Positions 24,334 through 27,724 of a stretch of DNA of 27,724 nucleotides are shown here, piece by piece. Source of the DNA: a virus. Lineage: Duplodnaviria > Caudoviricetes. The position numbers were made by a program, and so were the translations under genes. Numbering within the stretch: the first letter of the stretch is position 1; each line of letters begins with the position of its first letter. The stretch is from IMG/VR virus record IMGVR_UViG_3300031672_000008, positions 1-27,724 of that record. One strand, 5' to 3'. The notes under the pieces were generated by a model, which saw nothing but the letters and a program-made list of their open reading frames with translations, searched no databases and had not been told where the DNA came from.

Positions 24334-25397
24334 TGACGGTTATTCTAGGGTATAATCCGCTTATTCCAACGCAATATTTGCTTAAGGAAGAGCCAAAACT
24401 GGTTTATTCTTCGTATGCAAAGCAGACTATCAGTCTGCCGCAAGCCAGTATTTACGATCAACAGACAGGAAAAACAAGCGACCCTGAACTACTTGATAGT
24501 ATTTTAACTGATAACGCCTGGGCACAGTATACAGGGAAACTGACGGCGGAAGACCTCCTATCGGTAAAATTCAATTGGAAACAGGAGAAGCGCTATTTGT
24601 CGCCATACCAGCAGTTTATCGCGCTCTTTTACCCTGATGAAGAAAAGTTCAATGATGTTCACGACGAGCATGGACGCTTTGGCAGCGGAGGGACTGAAGT
24701 ACAACCGCAAAGTGTGGCGATAGTACATGCCGCTCAGCTTACTGTTGATGTATTGAAAAAGGACCATGCCGATGTTTTACTTGCAGCGCAACAGGGAGCG
24801 TTTGGTAAAGGACTCAAGGCATATGTAGGCGATATGACGGGAAACCTCAGAACGGCGGCCGTTTTTCACATGCAGGGCTTTGACGGCAAACCAACTATTA
24901 TGAATACAGCAGCCTTTGATGCGTATGTAAAAGGTGGTGCGACGGAGTTAATGCGCGGGGTATCATCGGAAACCTTTGCCGAACAATTTAAGTCCGGTGC
25001 GTATTTTGCCGGCGAAGGCATTGTTGGGAATGGAACTTATACAGCCTATGGGGACGGTATGTCGGCAGTTGCTCAACGTTACGCATCGTTAGGTGCTGCT
25101 GCATATGGAGATATGGGTGCAGTTTTGCGTTTGGCACTTGCACCAGATGCAAATGTTATTTCCCTACAAGATGCGGATTCTGGATATCAGCAATGGGCCA
25201 GAGCAACGAGCATAGCGCTTGATAATGAAGAAAACCAGTCACAGCGTTCTCTTTTGAAAGGAGCCGATAACTTAGTTCACGATCAGGGTACCTGGGCTGC
25301 ATTACAAGGGTATGATGCTATTCGTGTCGAGTACAATAATTTTTATATTGTTTTAAATCGCACAGCGGTTGCTGTTGATGGAGGGCCAAAAAAATGA
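24330..25397 (+). CDS. Two-part protein: small N-terminal domain, tag, then putative ART-fold domain
   Basis: GGGAGGG RBS; overlaps the upstream stop; C-terminal ELMRGV...GIVGNGTYTA...YA...GYDAIRV...YIVLNR is an ART-like motif order. Confidence 0.65.
   Translation: MMTVILGYNPLIPTQYLLKEEPKLVYSSYAKQTISLPQASIYDQQTGKTSDPELLDSILTDNAWAQYTGKLTAEDLLSVKFNWKQEKRYLSPYQQFIALFYPDEEKFNDVHDEHGRFGSGGTEVQPQSVAIVHAAQLTVDVLKKDHADVLLAAQQGAFGKGLKAYVGDMTGNLRTAAVFHMQGFDGKPTIMNTAAFDAYVKGGATELMRGVSSETFAEQFKSGAYFAGEGIVGNGTYTAYGDGMSAVAQRYASLGAAAYGDMGAVLRLALAPDANVISLQDADSGYQQWARATSIALDNEENQSQRSLLKGADNLVHDQGTWAALQGYDAIRVEYNNFYIVLNRTAVAVDGGPKK
24645..24689 (+). repeat. Peptide tag copy 4: KFNDVHDEHGRFGSG
   Basis: Precedes the last ART-like domain. 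Confidence 0.9.
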
Positions 25398-25594
25398 TAG
25401 ATGTCGCTCTTTCACGACAATTAGCGCATGCATTGAACGTCCCTGCGTTTTTTGCACTTCCGCGTGATGAGCAGGAACGCATTCGCGCGCTATTTCAGCA
25501 TGACGATCTAGCCGGTGTATTGTCGGATGCAGGAAAACAGGCACTTACCCGGCTTTCGGCGGAAAAAGGCGGGACGAACCAGCCCGCTGTATGA
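25394..25594 (+). CDS. Small helical protein, candidate immunity protein
   Basis: GGAGG RBS; ATGA overlap directly after a toxin-like domain. Function is inferred from position only. Confidence 0.55.
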   Translation: MIDVALSRQLAHALNVPAFFALPRDEQERIRALFQHDDLAGVLSDAGKQALTRLSAEKGGTNQPAV

Positions 25595-25600
25595 TATACT
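25592..25600 (+). promoter_or_regulatory. Extended -10 promoter
   Basis: TGATATACT about 37 nt before ATG 25638; followed by the palindrome GGGATATATCCC (25610-25621). Confidence 0.5.
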
Positions 25601-25637
25601 TGATAGAGGGGGATATATCCCAGAAAAGGAGTTTTTT

Positions 25638-25955
25638 ATGCCACGCAAAACACCGCCTGCCGCGAATGTCGCGGTACCCGTGAGCCCGAATCAGCCGCCG
25701 GTTGCGCCAGGCATTCCGCCTGCAATCAATAAACCAAAACCGCCAAAAAGTCCAGTGTCACCCGCTGCTGATGGCGGCACAGCTGCACCTGTCACCGGGC
25801 CAGGAACGTCTCCGATGAAACGAAGAAAAGCGGACGTTCCACCAGCTGCCGGTGCAAAACCAAATCCATTCGCAAAAAAACCGCCATCTACTGATGAAAC
25901 TCCACCGAAAAAGCCATTTCCTGGTGCGAAACCACCATTTCAGGCAAAACGTTGA
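25638..25955 (+). CDS. Pro/Lys/Ala-rich disordered protein (105 aa)
   Basis: AAGGAG RBS before ATG 25638; KPNPFAKKPP and KKPFPGAKPPF motifs. Confidence 0.7.
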   Translation: MPRKTPPAANVAVPVSPNQPPVAPGIPPAINKPKPPKSPVSPAADGGTAAPVTGPGTSPMKRRKADVPPAAGAKPNPFAKKPPSTDETPPKKPFPGAKPPFQAKR

Positions 25956-26152
25956 TGTCGCTGGTTCTTTTCGCAGTTATTGGTGTTGTCGTGTGCCAGG
26001 CAGGTATTAGTTTGCTTCATCACGTCTGGCTTTCACACATTGAAGCACGACTTAATGACCTATTTCCCACACCTCCTGGTTATCCATTTCGACGTGGGAA
26101 AGTGACAACAGCTGCTGATATACAACGAATACGTCGTACAACGAATGAATAG
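25952..26152 (+). CDS. Small single-TM protein
   Basis: Overlaps the upstream stop; N-terminal hydrophobic helix. Confidence 0.55.
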   Translation: MMSLVLFAVIGVVVCQAGISLLHHVWLSHIEARLNDLFPTPPGYPFRRGKVTTAADIQRIRRTTNE

Positions 26153-26299
26153 GCTTGCTATTTAGCAGATCGTTTGCTATACTACTAGAAAGCGGGCCTA
26201 TTCGTTCACTCCACTTAAAACGCAATTCATCAAATGTGCATGATTTCCAAAAAGCAATGTGATGTGTTGCGTTTTTTCGTGTGCGCACGGAAGTGGAGT
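26143..26299 (+). promoter_or_regulatory. Extended -10 inside a hairpin, plus structured leader pairing with the protease RBS
   Basis: TGCTATACT at 26175-26183. 26143-26159 pairs with 26191-26207 (17 bp, 3 G-U); ACTCCACTT (26208-26216) pairs with AAGTGGAGT (26291-26299); AAAACGCAA (26217-26225) pairs with TTGCGTTTT (26267-26275). Confidence 0.7.
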
Positions 26300-26304
26300 A
26301 GCAT

Positions 26305-27724
26305 ATGCCATCCGCTGAAGTCATGGCTCCGCAGCAGAAAAGCATCCAGTTCGTTGAGTTGAAAACGTCTGATGATGAGCGGGGTATTTTTGAAGGCTAT
26401 TTAAGCGTCTATGGGAATATAGACACGTATAAAGATATTGTTGAACCCGGTGCATTTACGAAGACGATCAAGGACGCACGCGGGCGGAATGTCAAATACC
26501 TCTTCCCTCTCTTATGGCAGCATGACCCCAAAGACCCAATCGGCGGTATTATAGATATGAAAGAAACGCCAAAGGGTCTCTATATTCAGGCACAACTCGA
26601 CATCAACACTCCACACGGTGCGCAAGCCTACTCCGGCCTCAAAATGGGCTACCTCGATGGTCTCTCGTTCGGCTACGACACGATCAAGCACAAATACGAA
26701 GGAGACATTCGCCACTTACTGGAAGTCCGTATGTGGGAAGGTTCTGTTGTGACGTTTCCTGCTAACTCCGATACCCGTGTCACCGGCGTGAAAAGTGCAT
26801 GCGGCTCAACTTCATGGCCGCTTGGTGGGCGTGACGAAGCCTGGGATGGCGGCTCAGCACACGATCAGATCGTCACCTGGGCAACGAGTGGCGATACGCT
26901 CGACACCGGGAAGATGAAGTCAGTGCATTTTTATGTAGACGACAGCGCCGATACGAGTCTTGCCGGTTCGTATAAGATGCCTTTTTGCTATATTCGCGAT
27001 GGCTCTCCAGTTGCAATGCCCAAAGGGATTCAGGCGTGCGCTGGCGTCATGCAAGGTGCACGTGGCGGTGGTGATTTTGGAAGTGCTGATGGTGGAATGA
27101 AAAGCAAGATCGCCAGTTACTACCGGAAGATGGCAAAACAGTTTAATGACGACACTATCGTTGTACCGTGGGCGGCGACGAAAAAAAAGCGGAAAGAGTC
27201 TACTATGAAGAAAAAGAGTAAGAAAGACCTGGCGCTCGCTCCGGCTACCCCAATTACTCCAACACCCAGGCTTTTTACGGCTGTTCTTAATGACCGCAGC
27301 GCCTCCGACGTTCTCGATGACCTGTATGATCTCATGACGGCACTGATGACCTCTATTATGGAACAGGTGTCAGGAAGCACGGATGATGCAACATGCAAGA
27401 CAAACGTGGATACGTGTATGACACAGTTTCAATCGGCTATTGATGATTGGCTGAAAGAAGCACTTGCGGCGACAATGACTGATGATGACGGGGATGCATT
27501 CGACCTATCTATGAGCGTGTCGGATTCCCCCTCTGGCAGCGTCTCCGGCTCGGTTTCCGGCTCGGTTTCGGGTTCTGTTTCCGGCTCGGTTTCCGGCTCG
27601 GTTTCGGGTTCTGTTTCCGGGTCGGTTTCCGGGTCGGCGTCCGATTCGTCTTCGAGCGACTCGAAAGAAGCGCCTCCCCATGCGCGCAAGCGTACGCGCC
27701 TACGGCTTTCCCTGGCACATTTTT
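26305..27724 (+). CDS. HK97-family prohead protease (peptidase S78) with C-terminal extension; runs off the window
   Basis: GGAG RBS and ATG 26305; GIFEGYLSVYGNID...DIVEPGAF...LLWQHD (His 26521)...PIG...GLSFGY (Ser 26665)...EGSVVTFPAN; frame open to the window end. Missing from the ORF track because it has no stop. Confidence 0.93.
   Translation, partial: MPSAEVMAPQQKSIQFVELKTSDDERGIFEGYLSVYGNIDTYKDIVEPGAFTKTIKDARGRNVKYLFPLLWQHDPKDPIGGIIDMKETPKGLYIQAQLDINTPHGAQAYSGLKMGYLDGLSFGYDTIKHKYEGDIRHLLEVRMWEGSVVTFPANSDTRVTGVKSACGSTSWPLGGRDEAWDGGSAHDQIVTWATSGDTLDTGKMKSVHFYVDDSADTSLAGSYKMPFCYIRDGSPVAMPKGIQACAGVMQGARGGGDFGSADGGMKSKIASYYRKMAKQFNDDTIVVPWAATKKKRKESTMKKKSKKDLALAPATPITPTPRLFTAVLNDRSASDVLDDLYDLMTALMTSIMEQVSGSTDDATCKTNVDTCMTQFQSAIDDWLKEALAATMTDDDGDAFDLSMSVSDSPSGSVSGSVSGSVSGSVSGSVSGSVSGSVSGSVSGSASDSSSSDSKEAPPHARKRTRLRLSLAHF
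27532..27639 (+). repeat. 12-nt tandem repeat encoding (SGSV)x8-SGSA
   Basis: Units such as TCCGGCTCGGTT and TCGGGTTCTGTT; variation among the eight SGSV units is synonymous in the protease frame. Confidence 0.95.

Larger units (their letters stand above)
1..27724 (+). mobile_element. Tailed phage or prophage genome segment (accessory operons, structural island, head module)
   Basis: HK97-type portal, MuF-like domains, HK97-type prohead protease and a BppU-like protein; dense co-directional small ORFs with overlapping start/stop codons; no host housekeeping genes. No integrase or att site is visible, so free phage versus prophage cannot be decided. Confidence 0.95.

Noticed and set aside
20432-24689. 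Tag copies as DNA-level repeats (recombination sites or DGR template/variable repeats)
   Set aside because: The copies differ at synonymous positions, so conservation is at peptide level, and no reverse transcriptase is present. Occasional recombination at them is not excluded.
27429-27718. Minus-strand ORFs with PETE or RKPS repeats
   Set aside because: Shadows of the SGSV repeat in the + strand protease frame, which is continuous from ATG 26305.
1-27724. Host assignment (impression of a monoderm soil bacterium such as Ktedonobacteria)
   Set aside because: Based only on promoter and signal-peptide style; no marker gene in the window supports it.

Overview
The window is a segment of a tailed dsDNA phage or prophage genome, almost all on the + strand. 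No rRNA, tRNA or CRISPR array was seen. It has four parts. (i) 1-7472 and 12731-15847 are operons of small hypothetical genes. They are driven by four near-consensus sigma70-type promoters that share an AAAAAC(C/A)TTGAC(A/T)T core, and they include paralog families, several broken genes and one reverse-strand secreted-protein moron. (ii) 7598-12588 is an island of probable virion structural genes, including a 1045-aa repeat protein and a BppU-N-like protein. (iii) 15959-25594 is an expanded head module. A 1900-aa HK97-type portal carries a LAGLIDADG intein and is fused to two MuF-like domains, a RelA/SpoT-like (Apk2/Tas1-type) synthetase and a probable immunity domain. It is followed by translationally coupled multi-domain proteins with a VIP2-type ADP-ribosyltransferase (ART), a GNAT, a 2H phosphoesterase and two further ART-like domains. 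Four effector domains are each preceded by the peptide K-[FL]-N-x-x-H-[DE]-x-x-G-R-F-G-S-G. This suggests a protease-processed, capsid-packaged effector array with a shared tag, the most interesting system here. (iv) 26305 to the end is an HK97-family prohead protease with a long C-terminal extension, absent from the ORF track. The portal and protease genes both have structured 5' leaders that pair with their ribosome-binding sites. All family calls come from reading motifs by eye; no searches were run.
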